From Octopus bimaculoides (taxonomy: Eukaryota), in NCBI RefSeq assembly GCF_001194135.2, contig NC_068985.1, positions 78,810,618-78,874,617 of the forward strand: a stretch of 64,000 nt of DNA, read 5' to 3'. The notes under the pieces are model-generated. The model was not told the DNA's origin. It saw only the letters and a program-made list of their open reading frames with translations, and did no database searches. Shown in pieces: positions 12,890 through 25,916 of the stretch. Made by a program: the position numbers and the translations under genes. Within the stretch, counting starts at the first letter, position 1. The number at the start of each line of letters is the position of its first letter.

Positions 12890-13806
12890 TTATCGTCTTT
12901 TCGCTTTGCCATCAGTAACTCGACCCCACTTCTGCAGCCGTTGCACCAACTGTTTGCTGACTGGAGGAATAGGATAAGAATCGCGAATGTGCAGGATACC
13001 TTTTTGGATGAAGTTGTAAGTGTTGGTTAGAGTCCTGGGGTATTGCATATTAAACACCCAATATGCAGAGAAAAGGGCTGCAAATGCAATGGTGAACTCT
13101 TCAAATTCTTGGACAATCTGTTCTTCAGCAACAAGGAAAAACTCGTCGCTTTTGAAAATTGGACCTTTTGAGAGGAGCATAGGTACAATTCGACCTTTAG
13201 GGTCAGGCTCTTCCATGCTCCCTATCTCGTAGACCATTTCTGTAAGATTTTCTCGCATAAGCATTGGTAAAAGGCAGAGTGCAGTGACCATGTCCCAATA
13301 CTGTCTTAGAGCAACGTTCTCTTCTTTGACTTCACTGGCTTGTTGTAAAATGCCACTGGATCCCGGGTAGTTACGCGAGAGATCAATAATGCCACTGGCA
13401 TATTTGACACAATATTCTTGGATGGTATGGTCAATATCCAAATCTGTAACACGCTGAAACTCAACGAGCAACTCCTTGTCAATGAACAAACATGGGTAGG
13501 TTTCCTTAATCATGGCAATAGTTGGTGCTTCAATAGTAATGAAGGATCGACGGACATCAAATGTATTCTCCATATATAGGCGAATGTCACTAGGAGATTT
13601 GCTTTCCATGTCATCCCTTGACGACGAGGACGGCTTCATTTTCTTTTCATTTGGGTAGTCATTGTTTTGGTCGGCAGAGTCGAGATCTTGTGAGACACTT
13701 GTTGATGGAGTTATGTTGTCAATACTACTCGACTTCCGTTTGCCTCGCTGTGACATCATCGAAGGACTTAAAATTGGCAACTCCAAACTCTCGTTTTGAT
13801 ATTTGG
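12890..13806 (-). CDS. Terminal coding exon of a SAMD3-like protein (C-terminal domain); upstream exons not located
   Basis: Stop-free frame of about 305 codons, less AT-rich than its flanks. Polypyrimidine tract plus AG acceptor on the minus strand (cttacttttgttttctttctttgtattttcAG|CC at 13807/13806, phase 1), so the track's TTG start at 13831 is intronic. Motifs MENTFDVRRSFI..PTI..IKETYPCL...EFQRVT..DI and LCLLP...FFLVAE....FAALFSAYWVFNMQYPRTLTNTYNFIQ resemble the SAMD3 C-terminal domain as I recall it (not searched). Confidence 0.8.
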
Positions 13807-13845
13807 CTGAAAATACAAAGAAAGAAAACAAAAGTAAGCAGTGGT
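13807..13845 (-). other. 3' splice site (polypyrimidine tract + AG) of the SAMD3-like exon
   Basis: The reverse complement reads ccactgcttacttttgttttctttctttgtattttcAG directly before the open frame. Confidence 0.75.
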
Positions 13846-14438
13846 AAAAGAAAAAAAATGCATTAGAATTATTAAAAATAGTTTTAAAGAAACTATGACA
13901 ATAAACAATTAAGTAAAACTTTTAATTTTTATGATGTGCAAATTGATATTTCAATAGCAAAGAAGACAGAACTATTCTTATGAGATACAAAATGACAGAA
14001 GGTGTTATTATTTAAGTGATTTTACAAATGTTTAAACTAGTTTTGTGTCATACAGTGTTTGTGGTATAATTTTGTAGCTCAACTTAACTATTTTCCTCAG
14101 TATGGACGCATTCCCACAGCTTTCCATGCACTTACAATTCACCTCTGATATTCAAACATGCCCTAATCCTGTTCTACGCCATCACTCAATTTGCTAAAAA
14201 TAGCAACCAGATCTCAAATCACACTCTTTAACAAAAAGAGAGGTCACACGAGATGATGAAATCCTAGATGCACACTCGCTGAACAGTAAAAGGTAAAAAA
14301 AATAGAATGAACAAAATTTGAATCTCTTAGTTAATAAGTTTACTTGATCAATGTTGGCTCATGAGCGGGGATAAGGACAAAAACAAACACTAAAAAAAAA
14401 AAGACATTAAAAACATATATATATATGTCATACCGGCC

Positions 14439-14474
14439 ATGACGAAGGGAAATAGCCCTGAAACTCGAGTCGTC
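14439..14474 (+). ncRNA. Minimal hammerhead-like motif with palindromic stem III (pLTR/retrozyme relic)
   Basis: ATGACGA-AGGG-AAATAG-CCCT-GAAA-C-TCGA-G-TC. Perfect 4-bp stem II, palindromic stem III ACTCGAGT and a GUC cleavage triplet. C3 is replaced by A and stem I is poor. Confidence 0.55.
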
Positions 14475-14762
14475 TTTATATATATATATTTATATTTATA
14501 TATTTATATATTTGATCCTTTATATTGAACACTCAATATTTCATCTACATTCAATACTTTCTTTCATGGTGCCATCCATTTTTATTTTATTTTATTTTAT
14601 ATTGTATATTGTATATTCCATATTCTATACCCCACATTAGTTCTGCAGGAATATAAATAAAACATAAAAAACAGATAGTGTTGGAACTCTTTTAAGCAAA
14701 ATAATATATTCCTCTATACACAATCATACAAAAAACCCCCACCTTTTTTGTATTTATTTTTA

Positions 14763-14797
<35 letters not shown>

Positions 14798-15639
14798 CAA
14801 CACCAAACACATACAATATCAAGGTTGCCATTGCAACAATAACAATGTCGATATAAACAGTACATCAATGTTATTCATAACGACAATCACAATTGGATAG
14901 TTTGATGGTTCTCAGTCATTTGGCAATGAGGATTCAGTTGTTTGATCAATGGAAATACCATCTTATGGAATTAATGCTTAATTGGCTGAGCATTTCACAG
15001 ATGTGTAGACCCTTAATGTTATTCTCAGATAGAATCAGCAAGATACAGTGAGTGACAGGGCTGTATTTTTGAATTACAGGCAAAAACCTGTCTTATAAGT
15101 TTCTGTATAATTTCCGTCTACCTAATTTCACTCACAAGCTATGCACTGAACAAAGGTTATAGAGAATGACACTTTCCCATGATGCCACACAGTTGAATCA
15201 AACCCAAGATCCCAAACACAACAACATTAACTCTTAAGAGTTTTGTACTACAATTAATTCTTAAGTTTTGAAACTGCACATAGCAGAAATTCATGAAACA
15301 TTATTGTTTGGGGCCAAAAGTCAAGAACTAGTTTAGCCTCAATTTAGAAAGAACTTTCCAAGAAAAGATTTCTGTTTACACCATGTGTCANNNNNNNNNN
15401 NNNNNNNNNNNNNNNNNNNNNNNNNNGTTTTGTTCTTTTAAAGTTTATTCAGTGAATTTCTTAGATTATTTTCTTCTTTTGATTTTCAAGTGGTGAGTTT
15501 GAATTCAGTGATATTTTAGATAAATGATATATAATTTATTAATATTCATTAATGATTTAATTAGAGAAAGAGAGCTTGAACTTAAAAGTAATCAGTGATT
15601 CAAGTTATTCTAGCTGGAATTTATATCAGGATTATCAAT

Positions 15640-16010
15640 TTTGAGCAGGAGTGGTGTGGTTATGTAGTTGATCATTGCATTAGTGATGCACCTGACAAAA
15701 CTTTGTTAGTGATGCACACCTGACAAAACTGAATGTAGAAGCAAAAGTCATTCAGTTATTTTCATCAACATAATCTTAGAAATTTGCCAGAATGAGCAAT
15801 GAGACCACAAGGTATGTACATGAGCCATGTCAAATACTCTGTAACAGGATAATACCCTTTGCCTGTCCAAAGCAGTTTCATAAGTTTCCCTTAAACATCC
15901 AAACTTGTTTTCAGACCTATAGTTAGCCCTTGCTTCACATGTTCTGAGTAATATAAAATTTTCCTTTCATAAGTCCAAAGTTACTCTGGTGGTTGAAAAA
16001 GTTGGGAATG
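15640..16010 (-). pseudogene. Possible mariner transposase relic
   Basis: Across frames: YERKILYY, GKLM..LW and AKGIILL..I.HG, resembling the D1 region and the VFWDxKGIIL region. Confidence 0.35.
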
Positions 16011-18490
16011 TGCATCACATATATGATGTATGAATGCCAAGGAAATATGACCTGTGTATCCTGGGATACACAGTACAAGCAAAGGGTTCAGGGTACATAG
16101 GTCAGTGGAATGCTCAGTCAATTAAACAGCAATTCAACAAAATGGTGGTTCTAGTGATTGAACAACTAAATTGTCATTGTCAAATAACAGAGAACCATTC
16201 ACCTACCCACCCATCCAGTTGAAATTGTTGCCATAAATGGTATTGATATTGTGCTTATATTGACATTATTAATATTCTTGTTGGAAGAGGGAGACCCAGG
16301 AAGACATGGGATGAAGAATTGAAGGTTGATCTCAAAATGCTGAATCTTATAGAGATGACACAGGACCAAGATATGTCACAGATTACTGTATTCAGGAGGA
16401 CCTGTCAACCACAACAGAATTGAGATCCTAAAACCAAGGTGCCAACTCACTGCCTACTAGGCTGTGAAATTGTTGTGGGTGGTGGTGCCACATAAAAAGA
16501 GCCAGTACACACTGTAAAGTGGTTGGGCATCATTACATCATACCACCAAGTTTTATCCAAATTCCTGCAATAATTATATTTTTATAATTTATATACTGAA
16601 CTAACTGCATTCCATCAAAATCTCTGGTTTCTAATAATGGACTGGAAGATTTATAGATATAACAGTACAAGAAGTGAAAAAATTACTCATAACAATAAAA
16701 AGACAGTGCAACAAATACAATAAACAAATACAAACACAATACCCACCATCACTGCATAAAAAAGAACAGGTGACTCTACATGGCCATTTGACCTGCTAGA
16801 AATAGCAACCAAATCTTTCTCAAATTGAATTCTATTGTTTTATAAAAGTAAAGGAAGTAGATAATATGTTGTAAAATTATCATTTTGCATTAATTGGTTT
16901 GGTTTGAAATAAAGTTCCATGCCCCATGGTCTTTGTAGGGTGTTTGAGCTTCGTTTGTTATCATTAATGTTCTTCTTGAATGATTAAGAGTCAAGAATTA
17001 TGGGGAGAAAAGGACTGGATGTTGTGGTGTGTAAAGGGGCTTTGGGTAGCTGTAGATAAAATGCGTCTAAAAAAAGGATGGGGTAGTCATGACTGGAATG
17101 CCTTTCATCGTAAGTTAGCTCAATCCATCAAGGCTGAAATGGAGTTAAACAATAACTAGAACAAAAAGTACACAAGACACATTTTAAGAAATAATGCAAA
17201 ATAACTTGCAGAAACAGGGTTGGGTATGTGGTTAAGCAGTTCACTGCACAAATGTAGTCCCAGGTTCAGTCCCATTTTGTGGCATTTTGAGCAAAAGTCT
17301 TTTATGATAGTCTTAGGTTGACCAATGCCTTGCAAATGAACTTGGTAGATGGAATATGTGTGGAAGTTCTTTGCATGTGAGTGTGTGTATGCATGTTTCT
17401 AAGCCTGTCTTGGTGTAAACACTACAAAGAAAAATCCACGTTTTGTAACTAGACAGTAGGACGAATAACAAATGCTAAAATAAGTACCAGGCGTAATGGA
17501 CTACAAACCTTCAGGATAGTGTTCCTGCAAGGCCACACTCCACTGAATGAAACACATAAAAGCATATAAGAGAAAAAGAGTAACTAGTTCTTCCTCCTCC
17601 TCCTCCTCCTCAACCACCACCACCACCAGCCAGAAGGATATAATTATTATTGGTTTAGTATATCTATCTACCTTAATAATGGTCCTATCACATTTCTTCT
17701 TTTTGCCCTTAATTTTACAATGGCTATTTTCTGGTTAAGGATAAGAAGGACACTCAACCTTGAATAATAAGATAAGAGATAAAGATCCTTCCCAAGACGT
17801 ACAGACTCATAGGCCAGTTTCTCAGTTTCGATGGTACATATATCTTCTCCTTGGATAGGACACCAGTCAGTTTCAGGATTACTCATTTTTGCCAGCTGAA
17901 TGAACTGAAGCAACATGAAGTGTTTGCTCAAGAACACGTTTCACTTGGTCCAGGAATCAAAACCACAATCTTACACTCATGATTTTAACACCCTAACCAC
18001 TAAGTCATGCGCCCCCACTCAACCTTTAATGAGAACCTAATTTCCATGTGAGCAACTGAACGAAGGATAAAAAACACTTCAATTTCACATTTTGCTAAAT
18101 ATATGTGACAATTGTCCATCTATCTATTTACTAATACTAAGATTAGTAAATGTTTTTTTTTTCCCGTAACTATTGTAAGTGGCCAAAGGAATAACAAGAT
18201 AATTAAATTTCTTTCTACTTTGGGATAAAAGTTGAACTTATCAGTCATAAGTACAAGTTCAAAGATAATTTCCCCAGTTTGTTCTAAAAACTTTTTCACC
18301 AAAATGCTTCGAAATTACCACTAAGAAGACNNNNNNNNNNNNNNNNNNNNNNNNNNNNNNNNNNNNNNNNNNNNNNNNNNNNNNNNNNNNNNNNNNNNNN
18401 NNNNNNNNNNNNNNNNNNNNNNNNATATATATATATATATATACATACACACACACAGATATAAATACATACAAACATATATATTCTGCC

Positions 18491-18620
18491 TGTTTACATA
18501 TTTAACTATAAAGACACTTTTATTTTCTTATTGTTTACATTCTTATCTATGAAATACACTTTATATTTTATCTTGTTTACACATGTCTATGAATATATTA
18601 TAAATTCTGTTTGTTTACAA
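18491..18620. repeat. ~41-bp degenerate tandem repeat, each unit starting TGTTTAC
   Basis: TGTTTAC at 18491, 18532, 18574 and 18612. Confidence 0.6.
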
Positions 18621-19498
18621 AAATATTTGCAGAAATAAAAACGAAATTTAAATAAAATTTACAACTCATAAAATTGAGTCTGATAAGTTAGAAGGTTAAT
18701 TTAAAAGAGATCTTTTTTTACAGTTTTATAAGCAAACATTCCAGGTGTTGAGTAGTATTTGTATTTAATGAAACTAAGCCAAATGATGTTCTCAGTTCAA
18801 ATTCTGCTGAGATCAACTTAGCTTTCTTCCTTATAGGGTTGATAAAATTATCAGTTGAGCTCTAGGGTTGACTAACTCTGTCCTCTCAAAGCTGCTAGCT
18901 TTGAGCCAAAATTTGAAGCCATTAATAAGAGAAATGGATAAAAATTATTTTGAGTGTGGCCATGCAGGAACACCAACCAGAAGGTTTGTAGTCCATTGTG
19001 CCTGGTACTTATTTTAGCAATCACTATTCGTCCCACTACCAAATTTAAAAGACAGATTTTCTTTTCACCAAGACAGGCATAAAAACAGATACATAAATTC
19101 ACACACAAAGGACTTCCATGCAGATTCCATCTACCATGTTCATTTGCAAGGCATTGGTCAATCTAAGACTATCATAAAAGACTTTTGCTCAAAATGTCAC
19201 AAAGTGGGACTGAACCTGAGACTACATGTTTGTGAAGTGAACTGCTTAACCACACACCCAAGCCTGTTCCTGCAAGTTATTTTGCATTATTTCTTAAGAT
19301 ATGTGTATTGTGTACTTTTGGTCTTTTTCCTCTTAGTTATTGTTTAATTCTTGTTCAGCTTGGGTATGTCAGCTTGAGTACCATTGTTTTACATACCGAA
19401 ATGTCCCATATCCTAAAACGGTGATTCCAAAACCTTTTTATATATTTGTGCTCCAGCATAGCCACAGCCTTTATGCTGAAATGTATAAAAGAATATAT

Positions 19499-19656
19499 CA
19501 GGTGTGGCTGTGTGGTAAGGAGCTTGCTTCCCAACTACATGGTTCCAGGTTCAGTCCCTCTGTGTGGCACCTTGGGCAAGTGTCTTCTACTATAGACTTG
19601 GGCCGTCCAAAGCCTTATAAGTGAATTTGGTAGACGGACACTGAAAGAAGCATGTC

Positions 19657-19692
<36 letters not shown>

Positions 19693-19850
19693 CTTTGTGT
19701 TTATGTCTCCATAACTTGACAGTTTGGCAAAAGATCGATAAAATAAGTACCAGGCTTAAAATTAAAAAAAGTACTGGCGTTGATTCATTTGACTAAAAAT
19801 TCTTCAAAAGTGCCCCAGCATGGCTGCAGACTGAAACAAGTAAAACATAA
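19499..19850 (+). mobile_element. SINE family A
   Basis: Homologous head, body and tail. Confidence 0.8.
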
Positions 19851-20709
19851 GAGACATGTGTGTGTGTTTGTATATTTCTGTCTCCTTACTGTGACTTCAT
19901 GTGATAGTCATAAACAAATTTTACTGACATGCAGGTAGTGTCCTTCATTTCCAATCTTCTGCGAAACATGTCTGATCATAAGGAATATTATCTGACTTGG
20001 AAACAGGTGAGGGTTGGTGACAGGAAGTGCATCTGGCTATTGAAAATCTGCCTCACCAAATTCTGTCCAACTCATGCAAGCATGGAAAAGTGAACATTAA
20101 AATGCCAATGTCACCAACAATGATGACCTACCAGAAAATCTATATTTCTAGTTTCAATGAAGAAAACTTTTCTTCTCAGAGGCCCTGAAAAGTAAAGGGC
20201 TTTGCATGTTGCCCTTTCACTAAATGGTGAAAAAAGTTTCTAAAATGTATTTATATATTTTAACCTATAGATGTAATTCAAGCTAGCAATGCAACATATA
20301 ACCAACTCACAAACTAGTACAACTTGGTAGTATGCATCATGCTTTTACTAATTGTTTTAGGTATCTATGTAACCACCTATAGATACAGGTGCCCTCCTGA
20401 CCAAGCAGAATATCTATTATGTGATACAAGAGAGAGAGAGAGAGAGAAAGAAAGAGAGAGATGCACTGGTATTAGGCTGAGCAGACTGGAACAACATGAA
20501 ATGAAATGTCTTGTTCAACAATACAACACATCACCCAGCCAAGGAATTGAACCTACTACTTTATGATTGGGATCTGAACACTCTACATTACTAGGCCATG
20601 CATCTTCACTAATTTAAACTACAGAAACGTTTTACATACTCATTTCTTTACTTAAATAACTGTAAAAGAATTAGAAAGCATATAGCATTCCCCTGACTTC
20701 TACCCCAAG

Positions 20710-21963
20710 TCTGGTCAACTTTGCCTTTCGTTTTCCTAAGGTTGATGAAATATATACCAGTCAAGCAAAGGGACCAATGCAAACTTACACCCTCCCACCA
20801 AAATTTCAGGCCTTTTGTCTATAGTAAAAAGAATTATCATTAATATTATTATTATTATTTATTATAATCACCATCATTATTTTTAAGGCAGCAAGCAGGC
20901 AGTATCATTAGCATACCAGGCAAAATGCTTAGCAGTATTTCATCCATCGCTACGTTCTCAGTTCAAATTCCACCGAGGTCGACTTTGCCTTTCATCCTTT
21001 CGGGGTCAATAAATTAAGTTTCTTACCAGTTGCTTACTGGAGTCAATCTAATCGACTGACCCCCTCCCCAAAAATTTTGGGTCTTGTGCCTAGAGTAGAA
21101 AAGATTATTTCAGAGTCAATAAAATAAGTACCAGTTGAGTACTGGGGTTGGTGTAATCGACTATGCCCCTCCTCCAAATTTTGGGCCTTGTGCTTGTAAT
21201 AGAAAGGATTATTATGATGATGATGAACATGATCATTGAGGTGGTAAACTGGCAGAATTGTTAGTACGCCAGGCAAAATGCTTAGCGGCACTTTGCCTGT
21301 CCTTACATTCTGAATTCAAATTCTGCCAAGGTTGACTTTGCTTTTCATCCTTTCAGGGTTGATGAAATAAGCAGCAGTTACACACTGGGGTCGATGTAAT
21401 CAACTAGCTCCCTCCCCACAAAACTTGTGCCTATAGTAGAAAGGATTATTATTATCCTGATCATGATTAAAGCAGTGAGCTCACACAATTGTCAGCATGC
21501 CAGGCAAAATGCTTAAGGAATTTCATCTATCTTTACATTCTGAGTTCAAATTCTACCAAGGCTGACTGCCTATGATCCTTTTGGAGTTGATAAAATAAGT
21601 ACCAGTTGAACACTAGGGTCAATGCATGATCATTAGCCAGACAAAATGCTTAGCAGTATATTGTCTTTACATTTTGAGTTCAAATTCAACCAAGCTTGAC
21701 GTTGCCTTTCATTCTTTTGTGTGATCAATAAAGTAGGCACCAGCTAAACAATGGGGTTGATGTAATCAACTAACTTCTCACCCCTAAATTTCAGGCCTTG
21801 TGCCTATAGTATAAAGAATTACTACTATTATTAAGTTGACTTTGCCTTTCATCCATTTGGGGGTCAATAAAGTATGTACCAGTTAAGTACTGGGGTTAAT
21901 ATAATCTACTAGCCTCCCCACTCTCCTAAAATACTTCAAACTTTGTGTCTATTGTAGAAAAGG
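20710..21963 (+). mobile_element. Head-to-tail pile of about 7 copies of SINE family B (MetaSINE-like central domain)
   Basis: Repeated gagttcaaattc...gactttgcctttcatcctttcggggtcgataaaataagtaccagttg...ccttgtgcctatagtagaaaggattatt, all in the same orientation and mostly separated by (ATT)n tails. Confidence 0.85.
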
Positions 21964-22099
21964 CTGCTGTTGTTGTTGGTATTTTACTATTATTGGTGGT
22001 AGTGGCAGTAGCAGTAGTAGTAGTAGTATCTCTTTGTGTCTGTATAGACCATGCACGTGTTGATTGACTTACTAGATTATGAAAACGATGTTTCTTTCC

Positions 22100-22560
22100 A
22101 ACCAGTTCCGAAGACTTCAGACAGAAAGTGCTTTTCTTTCAATATTAACAGTTCCAAGCAATGTAGATTTTGGTCTGAAGTTGATGCTTATTTTTATTTG
22201 AAGTTGTTTGAAGTAGAGTGGAAACTATTGGTAAATTAAGCCTAGAGCCTATTATTGATATCATGCTTGTTATCTTCACATTCTTGAGAACACTAACCTA
22301 AGTTGGAAGTACTTAACAAATATCTTTAAATTCCTTTTGGGCAGTATTTATGGTCTCTAGGTATAGTAATATTCATTAAAATCCATTAGTGCTTCCTTAT
22401 CAAAATCCACACTATCAGATATTTTTATTTAACTTTCATGGCCCCAAAATTATTTCATATATATACTGCAATTAGTATGTTTCTATGAGCCAATCACTGG
22501 TCTTCTGGGGTGTATCATAAGGGAGTGTTTGTAAATTGGTGTCAAACAAACACCACAAAG
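22100..22560 (-). pseudogene. Possible hAT transposase C-terminal relic
   Basis: Pieces across frames: RYLLSTSN, VFSR, KHDINNRL and LNLPIVSTLLQ. Heavily decayed. Confidence 0.3.
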
Positions 22561-23799
22561 GACTTTATTTGAAGAACACTTGTATTTTTTTTCTAGTTGT
22601 CTACTTCCTTCATTGGTATATAAAATGAGAAAATATATGCACATGTATATACATACACATCCTTTTTGGTACGGAAATGGTGAGTTCCAGAAAATATTTT
22701 TGTAATGTGGAGTTCTGTTACGAGAAACCTGTTTTCACATTGACTCTCATATTAAGCGGAAGTTACTGAACACAGAACTCAAAGAGAAATGTATTTCCTG
22801 CCATAGAACTCCACAATTTTCATAAATGCAATGTATCCATGCGTAAGGAATGGGTCAGTGTGTGTGTATGACTGTGTGCACATGCATAGTTCATTGCATT
22901 TGTCCATAAGAAGGTTTACAAAAATGAAATAAAGAACTCAGTACTTCAGGAAAAGCAGTAGTTTTACAAAGTTAAATCTGTTTTGATTCTTAGAGAATTC
23001 GAACACAAATTTAGGATAACATTTCTCTTAAATTTAGGATAACATTTCTTCTAAAATGTGAGTAGCTATGTAGCTTCTCTGGAGCATGAAACCTTTCTGC
23101 TCTGGCTCCTTCTGTCATATTTAAAAACCCTGATATCATAGCATAAAGCTACCTCTCAGAGGGTTCATAGTTTTGCAAGCTGCATGGAAACCTCACTTGT
23201 GCTGACGGAATGTGGTGGTGGTGGTGGGGGGAAGAACAGTCAGTATGTACTGCCAAGCAGTCGGCATTAAGAAGGGTATCCAGCCATAGAAATCATGCCA
23301 AAGTAGACAGTGGCACACAATGCTGTCCTTGGACCCATCAGTTTCTCTTGTCAAACTGACCAACTCATACCAGTATGGAACATGAATGTTAAATGATGAT
23401 GATGATGACAGCGTATGTTTGGGTATGGGTGCACACATGCATTTGAAAATAGGTTTCCACAATTTACATCTGTGTGAGATCCACTAACAAGATCTTGGCC
23501 AACCAAAGGTTATGGAAGAAGACACTTGCCCAAAGTGCTATGTAGTGGGATTAAACCTGTAACTATATGGTTGTGGAGAGAATGTTTCACCCAAGACAAA
23601 GATTGGGATGCATTTTGATAAAGAAAGCAATTGTATTCCTTTCAGGTATTAGGAAGGGCATCCAACCGTAGAAACCATGCCAAATCAGACTGGAGTTTGG
23701 TACCGCCTTCCAGCTTGCCAGCATGGACAATGAACGTTAAATGATGATGATGAAAGTGGGTTACACTCACTGTCTTCTCTCTATAAATTCAATATTGGT

Positions 23800-24600
23800 T
23801 AGACTTTCCAACTTAGAAGATTGTATTGAGAATTTTGTCTTTAGAATCATTTGTAGAGAAGGTGAGGAAGTGTACTAAAACACTGTTTCTTTGATTTGTG
23901 GAGTGATTTTTCTTAGGACTGTTGAAGTACACTAGTTTGCTGTATTCTATTGGAAGACAATTACATTGCTTCTTTTCTTAGAAGCACATTGCTTCTATTC
24001 TTAGAAGCAGAATATATCTAGTCCATGTTTCTGGAAGCAAAGCTGGTCTGATAAAAGTGTCTAGTTTGTTTGTAGATGATATCTGTGTGTGTTTAAAGTT
24101 GATGAGAAGTGAAGAATGACATCATATGGATAGGAGTACATTGATGTTTCTTAACTCTGAAGGAGCTGCAATAGCAGAAGAAGACATAAAAGGAGGACAC
24201 AATACCTATGTATGCTAGTGGTTATTGATGAAGGAAGATTTGCCAATCAGTCAGATGGATTTTGCTTAAGTTGTGGTCTTGAATGTTTGTGTTTATGTAG
24301 TTACAGTTTCATCAAAGATAAACAAAGCTGTACTCTATCCACGAAAGGTGCTGTTTTATCTTGTATAAGCATAGTAGATATTCAAAGTCAAAGCGGTTTC
24401 CTCTTTGAAGAGAAAACCTGTTCTTTGAGATGTAGTTTTGTTTATGGGGTCATCATGAGAAATGATTAATCATCAGAGATTGACAAGTTTAACATTTGTA
24501 AATTTTGTAAAGGTTTTAGTTTTGCGTCGTTGAAGAACTGGTAGTCTGAGGTAGCATGTTTTCTTGTTCATGAGGAGGTATATGAAGCAGTAACTGTTAA
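23800..24600 (-). pseudogene. Possible LINE AP-endonuclease relic
   Basis: Weak motifs GFLFK, LNIYYAY, NYIN..I.DHNL..LTD....HQ.P and CHSSLLINF (SDH-like). Confidence 0.25.
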
Positions 24601-25916
24601 ATGTCTTATTCAAGGACACTGCACCACTGCTAACAACAAAAATATGAAGAGTGACTCAGCTAATAACTTAATAACACTAGTTGAGTCATATCATTTGCAT
24701 GTGAGATTTTTTTTTTTAACTATAATTCAGTTTTAGGTTGTTATAGAAGTTTACTGGAGTAAAAAAAAGATAAAAAAAGGAAGAGAATAGGATGGTAGAA
24801 AAGAAGATGGAAAAGAGTAAAGATGGAAAGAAAAGCAGAAAGAAATGAAATGAAAGCAAAAAAGGAAATGAGATACAATATGGAGTTTAGAAAAGTTAGA
24901 AAAGAAACAGAAATTGAAGGAAGACTAGACAGATATAAGCTTGGTTGCAGATTACGTTACTTTTCAGGATTGCATGCAATTATATTTTTTAATTTGAGCA
25001 ACTTAAAATATTCTGGAGTGTCAATCTATCATTATTCTATTCAATTTGAAAATTTACATTAATATTTTTGGCCAATCAGTAACATTCATACACATTAAAT
25101 GGAATTTGTTTTGTCATATTCTTAGATACTTTGATTGTTATTGTGTTATGAAAGCTCAATCTTGGAAAAATAAATCATCGAGAAACTATAATTACAAAAG
25201 AATTAAATGACTTGATACAAAAATACACCAATGTAGTTCATAAAAGTAATACATAAACTATGAAGAGCAAGTTAGGTGAAATTACACAAACCTACTTTCT
25301 GCTGGAATTTATGGCATTATTGATCATTTATCACTGTTTTCATCATACAATAACTGTTACAGCACTACCAATTACATTACATCTTCTGAAAAAATTGCTC
25401 AGGCAATCATTACACAAGTCTATTGATATTTTAGAATATTTTTTTCATAAATTCAATAAAAAATTTCAATATTGTTTGATATTAATTTTAAACTCTAAAA
25501 TATTTTGATAATTATAAATAATTAATATATTGTAATGGTATTCACATATGTTACGGAATGATTGTATCCAGGATTAAACAGAGGCATTCATGCACTTTTT
25601 GGCAAATGCTTGACTGTAAAGTTAGGTTTTACCAGTAATGGTGTATGGCAGGTTTTATTAATAAATTTATAATAGCACTAACATACTGTCATAAAGATAG
25701 TATGGAGCGGGGCTACTGTTTTCTATGTAAACCTTTTTTAACCTGTGAATAGATGTGTATCTGGCTGCTATTTCTAACCACAAAGAAGTTCCTTGGTATA
25801 ATAAAGTGAACTTGGGCATAGTTAGCAGAGAAAAAGTCTAAACAAAATACTTTTTGATAAATCTTTGTTAATCTAAGACTATACCTATTTATACAATAAG
25901 TAGTCCAATTTTTTGG

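Noticed and set aside
13829-13831. TTG start assigned by the ORF track to the 313-aa ORF (minus strand)
   Set aside because: It lies in the polypyrimidine tract of the acceptor; the first residues (MFSFFVFS) are intronic.
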